Of a stretch of 59,957 bases of DNA, positions 9,201 to 18,540 are shown piece by piece. Under the pieces are notes generated by a model. It did no database searches and was not told the DNA's origin. It worked only from the letters and a program-made list of their open reading frames with translations. This DNA comes from a virus, in IMG/VR virus record IMGVR_UViG_3300025064_000001. One strand, written 5' to 3'. How positions within the stretch are numbered: the stretch's first letter is position 1; every line of letters begins with the position of its first letter. The translations under genes and the position numbers were made by a program.

Positions 9201-12200
9201 GCGCGGCTGAAACGGATATCAGGGTTTGAGCCGTCAAACGTGCCTACGTTGTCAGTGGCAGATTTGATTTGATTATTATTGATAGCAATAATCGCATCAG
9301 TTTCTCTACCAAAAGAGCCTTCATCTACTTCAAGAACCACACCATCGATATCATTTTCAGCTAAATGGTCATCAATTAGTTTTTTAGCAGCGAGTGAGCT
9401 GGCTTGTTGGTTGGCTGTCCACTCGTCCAAGATATCCCTAGATTTTTTGAATAACTCTTTCGAGCTTTGCGAACGGTCGCCAGTCTCATACCTTCTTTTT
9501 AACTCAGCTTTAATACTGCTCTCAGCTTCATCTAATGCCTTGCTGTAAGTATCATCATTCTGTTTCATGCTTGCGACAATATCCGCATAGCCATCGATAT
9601 TATTTTCATAATACTTTTTAGCTGCCTGCCTATCTTTTAGCTCAAGCGGATTTTTTATATTAGTAAATAAAGGCATCTGGTTTAAATTCTCACCAATACC
9701 TATATCTCTATCGCTGCCCTTTACGAATATACCTGTTGGTGTTTCATTGTCATGCTTCCCAGCCTTGGCTTTCGTTTTATCAAAAGTTGTCCAAGTATTA
9801 TCTGTTTGGTGATAAGTTATTCTTGGCTCACCATTATCATCGACTATCTTAGACGCATTTTTTGGGTCGTTCTGCCAGTCACCAAACCACTGCTTAAAGG
9901 CTGGTGTTCTTGTTTGCACCCACTGGTTTTCGGTCAAGTTGGTTGGCTTGCCATTAGGCGCAGTCATCCATTGATCAGTATTCTCATACTGGTCGCGCAC
10001 GTCCTGCATCTGTTTATCAGGAATATTCGGGTCGCTAAACTGCGGCGCTGCATTGGCCACATTGTCTAGCGAGCCTTGCTTTTCAATCTCGTTTACCATG
10101 CGTTCAGCCAGTGACAAGATATCTTGCGAGTTAATGGCAATCGGTACGCCAAGCGTATTTTTAAGCCATGAGCGTATCGCCATCACCATGCGATTAATCA
10201 TGCCAGCAACTTTACCTTGCTTGGCTTGCTGGCGTGAGGTAAGTGTGATTAGGTACGGCAGATACTCATCGAGTGCGTCTTGCTCATTACGTGCGACTTT
10301 ATCCGCCATCGCTTTTGCTTGCATAGCTAATGGGTCGCCTGCTTTAACCAGGCTGTCAAAATCTCTCATCAGCGCGTCGTAGGCTTTCTTATCCATGAGC
10401 GTTTGCATACCGCCATGACCACCGAGCTCATGTAAGAAGGTCGGGATAATCATATCGTCAGATAGGTTGTCTGCAATCAAGGTTGCTTTGCCGTTGTGGT
10501 ATAGACCATCGACATCACTAGGGATAGTCAGCTTGCCGTCTTGCATAAAGTCGGACAGCACTTTGATATCAAGCTTGCCATCAGCCATGAGCTTAGCAAT
10601 GGTTTCTTTACCAAACTTATCGTTTAGTTTGCCAATGACTTGCTGGCGTGTGGTCTGCGTACTGCCAATCGCGCCAGCCTTCACTTTATCTATCGCTTTA
10701 TTTAACTGTCCAGCACGACTAAAAAGTGTTTTTCCGTTACCGTCTTCCGAAGCTTTACTGTCAAGAGTGGCAAATAAGTTATCAAACGCTTCTGCCACTG
10801 GCGCCATCTCACTCTGTAGTAAGTATGGGTATCTGTCCATATTACGAGGAAAGGCATTCTCTGGCGTGATGTTGGCTAAGAAGTCGCTGCGCGCGCCCTG
10901 CTTCTCTAACTTGTTAATCACATAGCCTTCAAACGCTCGCGCTGCACGCTCGATAATGCGTGACCAATAACCATCAGGCGCACCTTTATCGATGGTGACA
11001 GCTCGAGCTTTCATTGGTGATTCGTCTAGCGTCTCTACCAAGTTTGCAAAAGCCACTTCAACTTGTGGGCGCACACCTTCTTTATGATTAGGGTCGGGCA
11101 TAAAGTTTTCGGGTAAGTAGGCGCGGTTCTTATTCATCTCGTACAACTGCTTGCGTCGCATCTCTGTTATTGGGCGCATACGACTAGGATTGCCGTTCTG
11201 ATCTTTCATAATCAGCATTGGCTCGGGCTTATAGGTGATATAAGCATTCTCTTTGCTGGTCAAGCGATTAGGGTCATCGCGGAACGAGGTAAAGTGATTG
11301 TCTAACGCATGGAACCATTCATGAGCAAGCGAGCCTGCGCCTTGCGTTTTGGTTAGGTTGATGATGACTTGCGACGGCTCATAGTGCGCCATGGCGCGGC
11401 CTTTACCGCGAGCACCAAAGGACATAGCGAGCTTTCCGCCTAGACCAATTGCTTCTGGTGGGATATTAAGCACGCCTGCCAAGTCCATGAAGGCGTCGTA
11501 AGCATCATTCAGCATGTTCTGACGGTCTTTGCTGTTGGCGCCTTGCTTTACCCAGTTACCAAACTGACCGCCACGTAAGCCAAACGTGTTCATAAACTGT
11601 TCGGTCGTTACGTCTTGACCGCTGCGATGGTCGGGACCGATGCGCTCACGGTTGACATTCGAGCGCATGTCAGATTTTTTGACGTTTACGCGCTCTTTAT
11701 GTTGATCCCACAGCTCAGATAGCTCGCTGTTGTTTTCTTTTAGAAACGCTCTAGCAGCATCCCTGTCGTTAAATTCAATAAGCGGCGTCTTATCTTTGTC
11801 GCTGGCTTGTGTGATAAACCACGACTTAGCATCGCCGCGACCGCGACTATACAAGTCAAATTTCAATGCTTGCGTCTTGACCTCGCCACCCAGTAGATTA
11901 TTAACCTTATCGATAATCTCTGATATATCTCTTTGCTCAGTGTTAAAAGTATGCGTTCTCTTGTCGATGGTCACAGCAAAGCCAACGAAGGGAATGTAAT
12001 CGCCATTCTCGTTTCTTTTTTGATAGCCTATCTGCGGATCAACTTTATCAATGCGCGACCACTGCTCTTTATCTAACTGTGCCAATAGCTGTGCCTGATA
12101 ACCAATGTCTGCCACTGCTTCTATTTGGGTTAATTGACTGATAAACTCATTTGCTGGCATGTCGCTGCTAAGCATGTTCTGCATAATACCGCGAGTGCTT

Positions 12201-15200
12201 TTAACCTTATTCACCCAGCTATTAAGTCTATAGCCTTTGCGTGGTTTGGTTGGTATCGTGCTGCGCAAGGCGGTAGCAAGTGCTGCCATTTGCGTGTCTT
12301 CAATAGCGTCAATATCTTTCTTGGGCCATATCTTGCTCAGTGGTTGGCTTATGATATCGTCGTCTGTCATTTCTTTTTGATAGAACGACTGCATGTCTTT
12401 ACGCGCGCCTGTTATCTTTTCGCCAAAGTCTTCAATCTCTGCGACTGGTGCGGTAGGCGTGGTTGGCTTGTCTGCTTTTTTGGTAGCAGGCTTAGCGCTG
12501 CTTTCGGCTTGTTTGAGGATTGGCAGGAGGGAGCCGGTAGGTTTCTTTGTCCCTTTCTTACGAATCATATCGCCTTCACCATCGAGCCAGATAGATGCCT
12601 CACTAAATGGGTCGCTAGGGTTTTCTTTAGCGGCAATATAATGCAGCTCTCGAATATCTTGGCTGGCAAGCTCTTTGGCTTTCTTGCTGGCCGTTATAGA
12701 GTTTGCACCTCGGATGTGAACAACTCGGTCATGCTTGCGCACCGTGATTCCGTCTTCATTGATGCGGAACTCATTACCATTCACTTGTGTTTGCCAGTCA
12801 CCGGTAGGATTAGGGTTATTAGTCGACTCAATAACACTGGTAGAACCTTTAGGTTTATCTTGCTGCTCTTCTTGGAATTTTTTAGATAACTTCAAGAATG
12901 ACTCGGGGTTGTATTTCGCTTCATCACGTATAAAGTCACGCGCATTCACCCCTTGCGCCTCAAGCTTATCTTTATAAGCGTTGACCATTGCTGTGCCGTA
13001 CTGCTTGTATTCTGCTTGCGCCTGCTCTTTGATTGGCAACAAGCGCTCTGTCTCTGCCTCTGCCTTCTCAGTGTTCTTGGTTTTAACTTCATCAAGTTTT
13101 TTAGCGTCAATTTTTGCTTTATCTGCTTTATAACTATCAAGCTCACTATCAATGTTCTTTGTGCGATTAGGGATAGATAGCTCGCCATGATCAAGTTTAT
13201 TACTATCGTTAAAGCCGTACTTCTCTGCAAGCTTAGATTCAGGGGTTGCTTCGCTTTCCTGCGCTGCTTGCTGCTTAGCATAGCTTTTTGTGTTGTTAAT
13301 ACCTGCATCCACGGTTTGGTATTGCATGCCCTTATGCAATCCACGTTTACCGTTGACCGTTGCTTCTACTGTGACGCCTTTATCGTCCATGCTTTTTACT
13401 ACGGCATCATCAAAAACTCTGCCGCTAGACATAATTAAGCGACCAAGGTTTTGACCTTCTGATAAGTTTAACGCTGCCCTGTAGTCCGTCTCAGTATTTT
13501 TGGTGGTAGGCTTCTGCATTTCACGAACCATCGCTTTATCTGACAGCTCTCTTGGTGCTTTCTTAGGCGCTGGAATATTAACCGTAGGGTTTTCATCGGT
13601 TAGCTGCGTGGCTGTTTGAGCATTAGTAGGCGCTGGATCATTACTCAGAACATTAGGCGCGTCGGCTTCAAAGTCAGCAAGTAAGTCGGGTGCATTAACG
13701 CGATTGGTTGCATCAATACGTGCCTGCAAACGCGACCCCATCCTAGTTGCTGAGCGTGCATTGCTATAGAAATCTCGGACAATCTCTTTGGATTGTGGGC
13801 TAATACCCTCTCCAAACATATCTTCCATATTTAGATAGTCGTCAATATTAGCGCCACTCTCCACAAGATCAATATAGGTTTCAGCAGCAGTCTTTATATC
13901 TTCTGATAGAGTATCGGCTTCACGATTGCCTTCCTTAATAGATTGATTAATCTTGGTTATTTGTGGCGCTTTATCAACCAAGGTTTTAAGCACGTTCTTA
14001 GCGCTGGAATCAATATCTTCTGTCACTGCTTTGGTTAGCTTTGATGAGCCGTAAGCATTTTGAAGTAGTGCACCTGACACTCGGTTCTGCCCAGTCTGTG
14101 ACAACTCTCCATTAGATAGTACAAGCTCATTTACTTCATTTTTATCAAGCGAGCTGATGAAGGCTTGAGTAAATTTATAACTGCCTTTTAGGTTTAAACT
14201 ACCATTGCTATCAAGCTCTAGGAGGTCAGCGTTTGGCAATATCTTAGCGTCTGCTTTCGCACGTTCACTGCTACTCATAGCTGCGCCAGTCGGGGCATTA
14301 GCACGTAAGGCAAACTGCTCTCTATCCATATCGGAATTATTGCGTCGTACAAGGACTGGTTGCTGCATCTGATTGATAGCATTGGCATCAAGACCAAACT
14401 CTTCAGCACTTTTATTTACAAATTGACGATAGGCATCTCCCTTGCCAGACTCGTACATTCTACGGATAGCGATAGTACGACCATTGCCAGACTCAACTAG
14501 GTTGTCGTCACGCCCAACAATAGGACTACCAGCATTGACAGAGTTATCCTTACCTAGTAGTTCGGGGTTAAATTTTTTGACGATATCAAGCACTTGCGCT
14601 TGATATCCAGCATCCGCTCTATCGCGTGGCTGATATTGCTGCGGGTAATCAGGGTTTTCTACAAAGTTGTTGCTATGGCTAGATAAAAGCTCACTTGCAT
14701 CAACCACATCAAACTGTAGCGGTATTTTGTCACCTCTAGGGTTGTAGGCCACAGACTGCGCTTTAGCTTCATCAATAACGCGAGCTTTAGGGTCTATCTT
14801 TTTGGCGGTAGGTTCAGGTTTTTTTGGCAGCGCATCAATGGCTTTTTTAAGGCGTGCGCGTTCTGGTACTGACTTAGGGTCAGCTTCAATCGATTGCGAT
14901 AGCGCTTGATAAGTACCGTTGTCGATATCAGCAGTAGCTAGACTGGTGCGCATACTTTGCAGCCACTTACTACCTGTCGGCTGCTCTTGCGTTTCAACTT
15001 CAACCAAACCAGCCATGCGTGTCGCTGAATTCTCACTAGATTGCGCACTCGCCTGCTCAAAATCTGCCGCCACTGAACTCGCGCCACTATCTACAGCAAT
15101 AGCAGCGGCAGCACTTAGACTGCCTTTGTTCGGGTCAAGTCCCATCAGCTCAGACGGTTTTGGTGCTTCTGGTATTGGTGTTCTATCTAGAATTTCACCG

Positions 15201-16639
15201 CGAGCAATGCGCGCTCGGCGCTCGGCTGCGGCATCACGTTCTTGGCTTAATCTGGTATTAATATCATCACGGCCATAAACCTGACCGTCTTGACTGGCGG
15301 TAAAATCCGTACCGTCTGGTGCTGGCAAGCGTGGGTCGCTGCCGTACTTATCATAGCCTTCTGGTACTTGGGTGACATCATTGATATCGCTCATGCCAGC
15401 GTCACGGGCAGCTCTTGCCTGCGCTTGCTGCTGCGCTAGATACTCGTTGTACTCAGACTCAGTAAAGACCGTACCATCTGCCGCGGCGCTAAACTGACCG
15501 CCAAGCTCGCTATTATAAGTAAGCTCTGGGTCAGGCGTAAGATTGCGCATGTTAGCAGCATTAGGACCTTGACCACGGTTAAAGTAATCAGGATTGGCAT
15601 CTTCAATCCAGTTGGGATTATTCGGGTCGCTGATAGCACCTTGATAGCCAAGCTGATTGCCACCTGGTCTATTGGGACTTGGCAATCCAAGCCTAGGTGC
15701 TTCTTGACCCATGTCTTCTGTTGGGGTGATATCATCACGCGCTGGCGTGCGATTGCGAGTGATACCGCCAACCACGCCGCCCATAGCAGCACCAGATAGC
15801 AAGCCAAGTACGGCGGCATCGGTCACGCCCTCATCAAGTGGACGGCCAAGCGCTTCGTTTTGCAGGATGGTTTCAGATACCGATTGTGGTAGTTCCTCAA
15901 GCAAGCCTTCGGTTAAGGCGCCCTCACCGATACGGCGAACCATACCTTTGTTGCCATTAACAGTACGGCTGCCACTTGCCAGCAAGGTATCAACATCACC
16001 GATACCAAGTTTCTGCGCAATTTTACCACCGGCAAAACCAAAGCCTGCGGTTGTGGCACCAGTAGCGGCGGCCAGACCAGCTTGTTTGCCGGTTAATAAA
16101 CCATCGTCTGTTTGTTGACGTATCTGTTCAGCGGCAAGACCAGCGCCGACCGCGCCTTCACCCAATGCACCAGCGGCAACCGGCGATAAGCCTTTAGCTG
16201 CCGCGCCAAGTCCACGGCCAACGACGCCACCAGCCAGCATAGGCGCAAGGGACTCGACCACGGTGTTACTAATCATCGATGGATTTTTACGCGCATAATT
16301 TAGCTTGCCACCAAAACCTTCAGTCTCTTGGAACTCGCGCATCTGCTCTTGGCTTTGCTCAGACTTCCAGCCACCGATAACCTCCTTAGCCTCACCCGGG
16401 CGAAAGCCTAAACCACCACCTTCGTTCTCCAAAAACTTACCGACACGGCCGCCAGTCGGGATATCCAATAAACCGACTGCCAATTCGGGCACAGCAACGG
16501 CACTCGATAAGCCTGACAGTAATGTGTCACCAATTAAGCCTGCCGCGCCTTTGTTTCTCGCTGGCGCGTTTGCCATAGCTGCATCGATAGCATCTTTACG
16601 GCTATATGGTTTTTTTTCATCGTTAGGGTTCATGCTCAT
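6242..16639 (-). CDS. Giant (3,465 aa) polyvalent virion/ejection protein. It carries ParB-like, zincin metallopeptidase (HEWFH), ART-like and PLxRFG modules plus a C-terminal membrane segment.
   Basis: One uninterrupted ORF. Motifs verified against the DNA: SGNGRT (14474-14491), HEWFH (11309-11323), HELGGH (10415-10432), ITYHQT (9803-9820), PLSRFG (8309-8326). Confidence 0.85.
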   Translation of the reverse strand: MSMNPNDEKKPYSRKDAIDAAMANAPARNKGAAGLIGDTLLSGLSSAVAVPELAVGLLDIPTGGRVGKFLENEGGGLGFRPGEAKEVIGGWKSEQSQEQMREFQETEGFGGKLNYARKNPSMISNTVVESLAPMLAGGVVGRGLGAAAKGLSPVAAGALGEGAVGAGLAAEQIRQQTDDGLLTGKQAGLAAATGATTAGFGFAGGKIAQKLGIGDVDTLLASGSRTVNGNKGMVRRIGEGALTEGLLEELPQSVSETILQNEALGRPLDEGVTDAAVLGLLSGAAMGGVVGGITRNRTPARDDITPTEDMGQEAPRLGLPSPNRPGGNQLGYQGAISDPNNPNWIEDANPDYFNRGQGPNAANMRNLTPDPELTYNSELGGQFSAAADGTVFTESEYNEYLAQQQAQARAARDAGMSDINDVTQVPEGYDKYGSDPRLPAPDGTDFTASQDGQVYGRDDINTRLSQERDAAAERRARIARGEILDRTPIPEAPKPSELMGLDPNKGSLSAAAAIAVDSGASSVAADFEQASAQSSENSATRMAGLVEVETQEQPTGSKWLQSMRTSLATADIDNGTYQALSQSIEADPKSVPERARLKKAIDALPKKPEPTAKKIDPKARVIDEAKAQSVAYNPRGDKIPLQFDVVDASELLSSHSNNFVENPDYPQQYQPRDRADAGYQAQVLDIVKKFNPELLGKDNSVNAGSPIVGRDDNLVESGNGRTIAIRRMYESGKGDAYRQFVNKSAEEFGLDANAINQMQQPVLVRRNNSDMDREQFALRANAPTGAAMSSSERAKADAKILPNADLLELDSNGSLNLKGSYKFTQAFISSLDKNEVNELVLSNGELSQTGQNRVSGALLQNAYGSSKLTKAVTEDIDSSAKNVLKTLVDKAPQITKINQSIKEGNREADTLSEDIKTAAETYIDLVESGANIDDYLNMEDMFGEGISPQSKEIVRDFYSNARSATRMGSRLQARIDATNRVNAPDLLADFEADAPNVLSNDPAPTNAQTATQLTDENPTVNIPAPKKAPRELSDKAMVREMQKPTTKNTETDYRAALNLSEGQNLGRLIMSSGRVFDDAVVKSMDDKGVTVEATVNGKRGLHKGMQYQTVDAGINNTKSYAKQQAAQESEATPESKLAEKYGFNDSNKLDHGELSIPNRTKNIDSELDSYKADKAKIDAKKLDEVKTKNTEKAEAETERLLPIKEQAQAEYKQYGTAMVNAYKDKLEAQGVNARDFIRDEAKYNPESFLKLSKKFQEEQQDKPKGSTSVIESTNNPNPTGDWQTQVNGNEFRINEDGITVRKHDRVVHIRGANSITASKKAKELASQDIRELHYIAAKENPSDPFSEASIWLDGEGDMIRKKGTKKPTGSLLPILKQAESSAKPATKKADKPTTPTAPVAEIEDFGEKITGARKDMQSFYQKEMTDDDIISQPLSKIWPKKDIDAIEDTQMAALATALRSTIPTKPRKGYRLNSWVNKVKSTRGIMQNMLSSDMPANEFISQLTQIEAVADIGYQAQLLAQLDKEQWSRIDKVDPQIGYQKRNENGDYIPFVGFAVTIDKRTHTFNTEQRDISEIIDKVNNLLGGEVKTQALKFDLYSRGRGDAKSWFITQASDKDKTPLIEFNDRDAARAFLKENNSELSELWDQHKERVNVKKSDMRSNVNRERIGPDHRSGQDVTTEQFMNTFGLRGGQFGNWVKQGANSKDRQNMLNDAYDAFMDLAGVLNIPPEAIGLGGKLAMSFGARGKGRAMAHYEPSQVIINLTKTQGAGSLAHEWFHALDNHFTSFRDDPNRLTSKENAYITYKPEPMLIMKDQNGNPSRMRPITEMRRKQLYEMNKNRAYLPENFMPDPNHKEGVRPQVEVAFANLVETLDESPMKARAVTIDKGAPDGYWSRIIERAARAFEGYVINKLEKQGARSDFLANITPENAFPRNMDRYPYLLQSEMAPVAEAFDNLFATLDSKASEDGNGKTLFSRAGQLNKAIDKVKAGAIGSTQTTRQQVIGKLNDKFGKETIAKLMADGKLDIKVLSDFMQDGKLTIPSDVDGLYHNGKATLIADNLSDDMIIPTFLHELGGHGGMQTLMDKKAYDALMRDFDSLVKAGDPLAMQAKAMADKVARNEQDALDEYLPYLITLTSRQQAKQGKVAGMINRMVMAIRSWLKNTLGVPIAINSQDILSLAERMVNEIEKQGSLDNVANAAPQFSDPNIPDKQMQDVRDQYENTDQWMTAPNGKPTNLTENQWVQTRTPAFKQWFGDWQNDPKNASKIVDDNGEPRITYHQTDNTWTTFDKTKAKAGKHDNETPTGIFVKGSDRDIGIGENLNQMPLFTNIKNPLELKDRQAAKKYYENNIDGYADIVASMKQNDDTYSKALDEAESSIKAELKRRYETGDRSQSSKELFKKSRDILDEWTANQQASSLAAKKLIDDHLAENDIDGVVLEVDEGSFGRETDAIIAINNNQIKSATDNVGTFDGSNPDIRFSRAAGMNDQFDPRNIAKETATRLYDWASSAPPGKLSWWHKTIGTMYNLAQRNPYFKPVFENTEKFINDVSFYAAKASELAPRLLPQLDSLRDITKSAIGAKDNEALSKPIFEGTLLWGRDLDGKAVLIEDWRKKVMAASKQDRLQMLKDANRITPAQLQQLATLNNIQANRFINGIIDEEVNAGLVWKDSELRSKFDLSDEQIELYREFRSATDKSLDSLTRSDMLRRLGKDANDIEAAVMEAGTLREAVFNIEQHINSLIQANPRKEKALKQTLKDIKESQFRTNKLMDDGYAPLSRFGQYTVDVVDADGNREYFGMFESAYEARKMEAEMKALYDDPATHTVSRGTLSNEEFKLFAGVTPETAELFGEMLGLDATGDKAADEAFQEYLKRTKNNRSAMKRLMHRKGIKGYSEDVGRVLASFIYSNARHTSAALNMSNIDRAITDIPKGEGQLKDAAVKLAEYIKNPQEEAQLMRGWMFAQYLGGSIASAVVNITQPIAVSFPYLSQFGGAVKAASQLGKASSDWTKAFKDKDRSHFEPDLLAAIERAEADGTLSPQEVHNLLKQASGKNPLSAGDGTKVGDARALAGNTLSRVSLAWGALFSGAEQINRRVTFVAAYRLAKEQGMDNPADFATKSIKETQFVYNKASRMNWGRGAVGGTLMTFKTYTVSYIELMHRLWNQGEKGSVERAQGRKATMIMLGVMFLLSGSGGLPFMEDAEDLIDGIGQIMGYNLSSKKARQDFLDAWFGEMLGDFLESGASTLPGSPTDVSGRLGLGNLIPGTGIFKERTNNTRDVLEIAGPAGDFAGRIATGTRDIAKGVANLDATSLKKGALEFSPTAVRNAVKGIDMGTSGIYKDTKGYKVTDVSPVDAAFKFAGFQPLKVSKIQEANYLGQTATSFYSLRASNIRALWAAGVVEGNSNKVADAKAAVKDWNAKNPDQKIVIKPTDIARRVREMKMEKSERVTKLAPKSMRAQMASDFSQVRDGF

Positions 16640-16645
16640 ATTCGA

Positions 16646-18112
16646 CTACCTCAAGGCTTCAAGTTGTTTGCGACGCTCATCTTTACTCAGACTTCTATCA
16701 TTGATAATGGCCTGCGCTCTTGGGTCAGACTCATAATCGATAGGCTCTGCTGGCAGGGCGCGAGTCTCACCCGTGTTTCTGTTCAGCAAAATGTCAGGGT
16801 TTTTAGTCGAAGTTAAGCCGTCAGCGGATAAGGTTTCACCGCCGCCAATGTTGGTCCAATACTCTTTATCGGACTTATCATTGGTGCCTTTGAGCGCTTG
16901 AATCTGCGCGGCCACAGCGGTTCTGTCTTCATCACTTTGCGCCGTATCATATTTTTCATACAAGGCGTTAAGCTGCTTTGGCGCATAGTTGGCAACATCA
17001 GAATTACTCTGCTCGATATCTAAGCGGCGAGACGCCAAGCTGTTTGCTTGCTGCTGCTGCTCAGCGGTCTGTTGGAACTTGCCAGCATCAAAACCAAGCT
17101 GGCTATTAAAGCGGCTGTTTGAATTGGCTTCACCAAGGGCGGCGCGTTCGTTGGCACCCTCTTGCGACATTTGTGTTTGTGCGAGCTGACTTGCGGCACT
17201 GAGCTGGGCGCCGTAGCGGTCATTCTTATACTTGTCATCAGCACCAACAATGCCAGCGCGTAGCTCCATTTGCTTGGCGGTAAGCTGCCCGTTTTGCGAA
17301 CCCTTATAAGCGGTACTGGCATCACGTAGCAATGCTTCGCGTTCTTGGCGCTCGCTCCAGCTTCGGGTCGGGGCATTTGGCATACGAAAGCCATTGCCAC
17401 CGCCACTGCGTTGAATGGTTTGCGGATTGTTTACTGGGTCAAAACCGATACGTGGCGGCGCGGTTTGTTGTGGCTGCTCCACATAACTGCCCGGCACCGC
17501 TTCTTCAGGTATCGCCTGCTTGCCAGCATAAACCGATGGGTAGTCTTTTGGATTCCATTTATCCTCGCCGCGACTTGGCTTGCCAACAGGAAAATTAAGA
17601 TTAATTTTGGCATCGGTTGTCGGTTTTTTGACGCCACCGCCAAGCTCAGTTAGGCGCTCTACTGGCTGGTTTGCGGCAGCGGCTTGTGCTGGCATTAACC
17701 CTAGCGATGGATTGATGGCGCTTGTCCTTGCTGGTGCTGGCGTGTTTTGGCGTAAGCCTTGGGCGGCTTGTGTTTGCTGGCTGGCTGGTAGTTTGAGTAT
17801 GTCTTGAATGCCGCGTCTGGTATCTTGGACGGCAGCATTACGACTGGCGGTTTGATTGGTTTGCGCTTGGCGCTGCTGCGTCAGTGCTTGCTCGCGTTCT
17901 TGGGCGGCGATGTTTGTGGCAACTTGTGGCGAGCGTTGCACCGGTGCTTGCTGTGGCATCTGCTTGGCTTGTGTGGCAAGTGCGCCTGCACCCATAAATC
18001 CTGCTGGTGCGTTACTAGCGCCTAGACCTAAGTTTGCGCGGCCACGTTCAAACGCCTCACGTCTTTTCTTTTTCTCTTCTTCGCTGCGTGTATCAATCGC
18101 CATAACCATCAC
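16646..18112 (-). CDS. Q/A-rich low-complexity protein, internal virion (ejection) protein candidate
   Basis: Composition and position directly upstream of the giant gene. First gene after late-motif copy 2. Confidence 0.6.
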   Translation of the reverse strand: MMVMAIDTRSEEEKKKRREAFERGRANLGLGASNAPAGFMGAGALATQAKQMPQQAPVQRSPQVATNIAAQEREQALTQQRQAQTNQTASRNAAVQDTRRGIQDILKLPASQQTQAAQGLRQNTPAPARTSAINPSLGLMPAQAAAANQPVERLTELGGGVKKPTTDAKINLNFPVGKPSRGEDKWNPKDYPSVYAGKQAIPEEAVPGSYVEQPQQTAPPRIGFDPVNNPQTIQRSGGGNGFRMPNAPTRSWSERQEREALLRDASTAYKGSQNGQLTAKQMELRAGIVGADDKYKNDRYGAQLSAASQLAQTQMSQEGANERAALGEANSNSRFNSQLGFDAGKFQQTAEQQQQANSLASRRLDIEQSNSDVANYAPKQLNALYEKYDTAQSDEDRTAVAAQIQALKGTNDKSDKEYWTNIGGGETLSADGLTSTKNPDILLNRNTGETRALPAEPIDYESDPRAQAIINDRSLSKDERRKQLEALR

Positions 18113-18125
18113 CCATACTTTTAAT

Positions 18126-18155
18126 TAGACATTACCTAAGTATGGCGGATATACT
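18126..18155 (+). promoter_or_regulatory. Sigma70-like promoter for the inverted moron (TAGACA-18 nt-TATACT)
   Basis: Read directly. Divergent from, and overlapping, late-motif copy 2. Confidence 0.45.
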
Positions 18156-18164
18156 GAGCTTTTC

Positions 18165-18180
18165 CGAACCTTATAGGGGT
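18165..18180 (-). promoter_or_regulatory. Late-unit element copy 2: ACCCCTATAAGGTTCG
   Basis: Exact copy, 53 nt upstream of the 18112 start. On the + strand it lies in the 5' leader of the moron. Confidence 0.6.
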
Positions 18181-18187
18181 AGGCGCC

Positions 18188-18472
18188 ATGAGCGTATTGG
18201 TAATGTATATTTTAGGCGTAGCGATGTTTGCTGCGGTGCTTGGTATGTTCTGGTATTTCATTCGTAGCATCTCTATCATGGGCCGTCATAATATCCTCAT
18301 AGGGATAGCCGGTCTTATTTTGGCACCTATCTCGCAAGTGGTTTTTTATGCCATCAAAGATGATGAGCTTGATGATAAAGACAAAAAAGCCTTTATTGGT
18401 TTGGGCGTTTCTTTATTGGTCATCGCTATGATCAGTGCCATCTCTGCGATATACCCACCACCACCGATGTAA
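18188..18472 (+). CDS. Moron: 94-aa three-TM membrane protein transcribed against the virion operon
   Basis: It is the only + strand gene between 3.3 and 53 kb. It has its own promoter and a perfect bidirectional terminator. Confidence 0.8.
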   Translation: MSVLVMYILGVAMFAAVLGMFWYFIRSISIMGRHNILIGIAGLILAPISQVVFYAIKDDELDDKDKKAFIGLGVSLLVIAMISAISAIYPPPPM

Positions 18473-18483
18473 ATGATAGGCGC

Positions 18484-18522
18484 AAAAAAATACCCGTCAC
18501 GACCGTGACGGGTATTTGTTTT
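18484..18522. terminator. Bidirectional rho-independent terminator (10-bp perfect stem TACCCGTCAC/GTGACGGGTA with A-run and T-run flanks)
   Basis: Read directly: AAAAAAATACCCGTCACgaccGTGACGGGTATTTGTTTT. Confidence 0.85.
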
Positions 18523-18540
18523 CTCGTGATGGATAATTAA

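Noticed and set aside
6242-16639. The giant ORF as an N4-type virion-encapsidated RNA polymerase. The size is similar (3,465 vs ~3,500 aa), the capsid protein is N4-gp56-like, and the late elements are flanked by hairpins.
   Set aside because: I could not find T7-like RNAP motifs (DxSCSGxQ-type motif A, RxxxKxxxxxxxYG motif B, HDS/A motif C). The recognisable motifs are instead ParB-like, zincin, ART-like and PLxRFG. The loops of the flanking inverted repeats (19-36 nt) are nothing like N4 promoter hairpins.
6337-16736. Numerous 60-250-aa ORFs on both strands inside the giant gene (e.g. 8349..8996, 12134..12889, 15711..16118, 16305..16736).
   Set aside because: All are nested within, or antisense to, one continuous 3,465-codon ORF. 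They have low-complexity translations rich in Ser, Leu and Cys, and no RBS. They are shadow ORFs.
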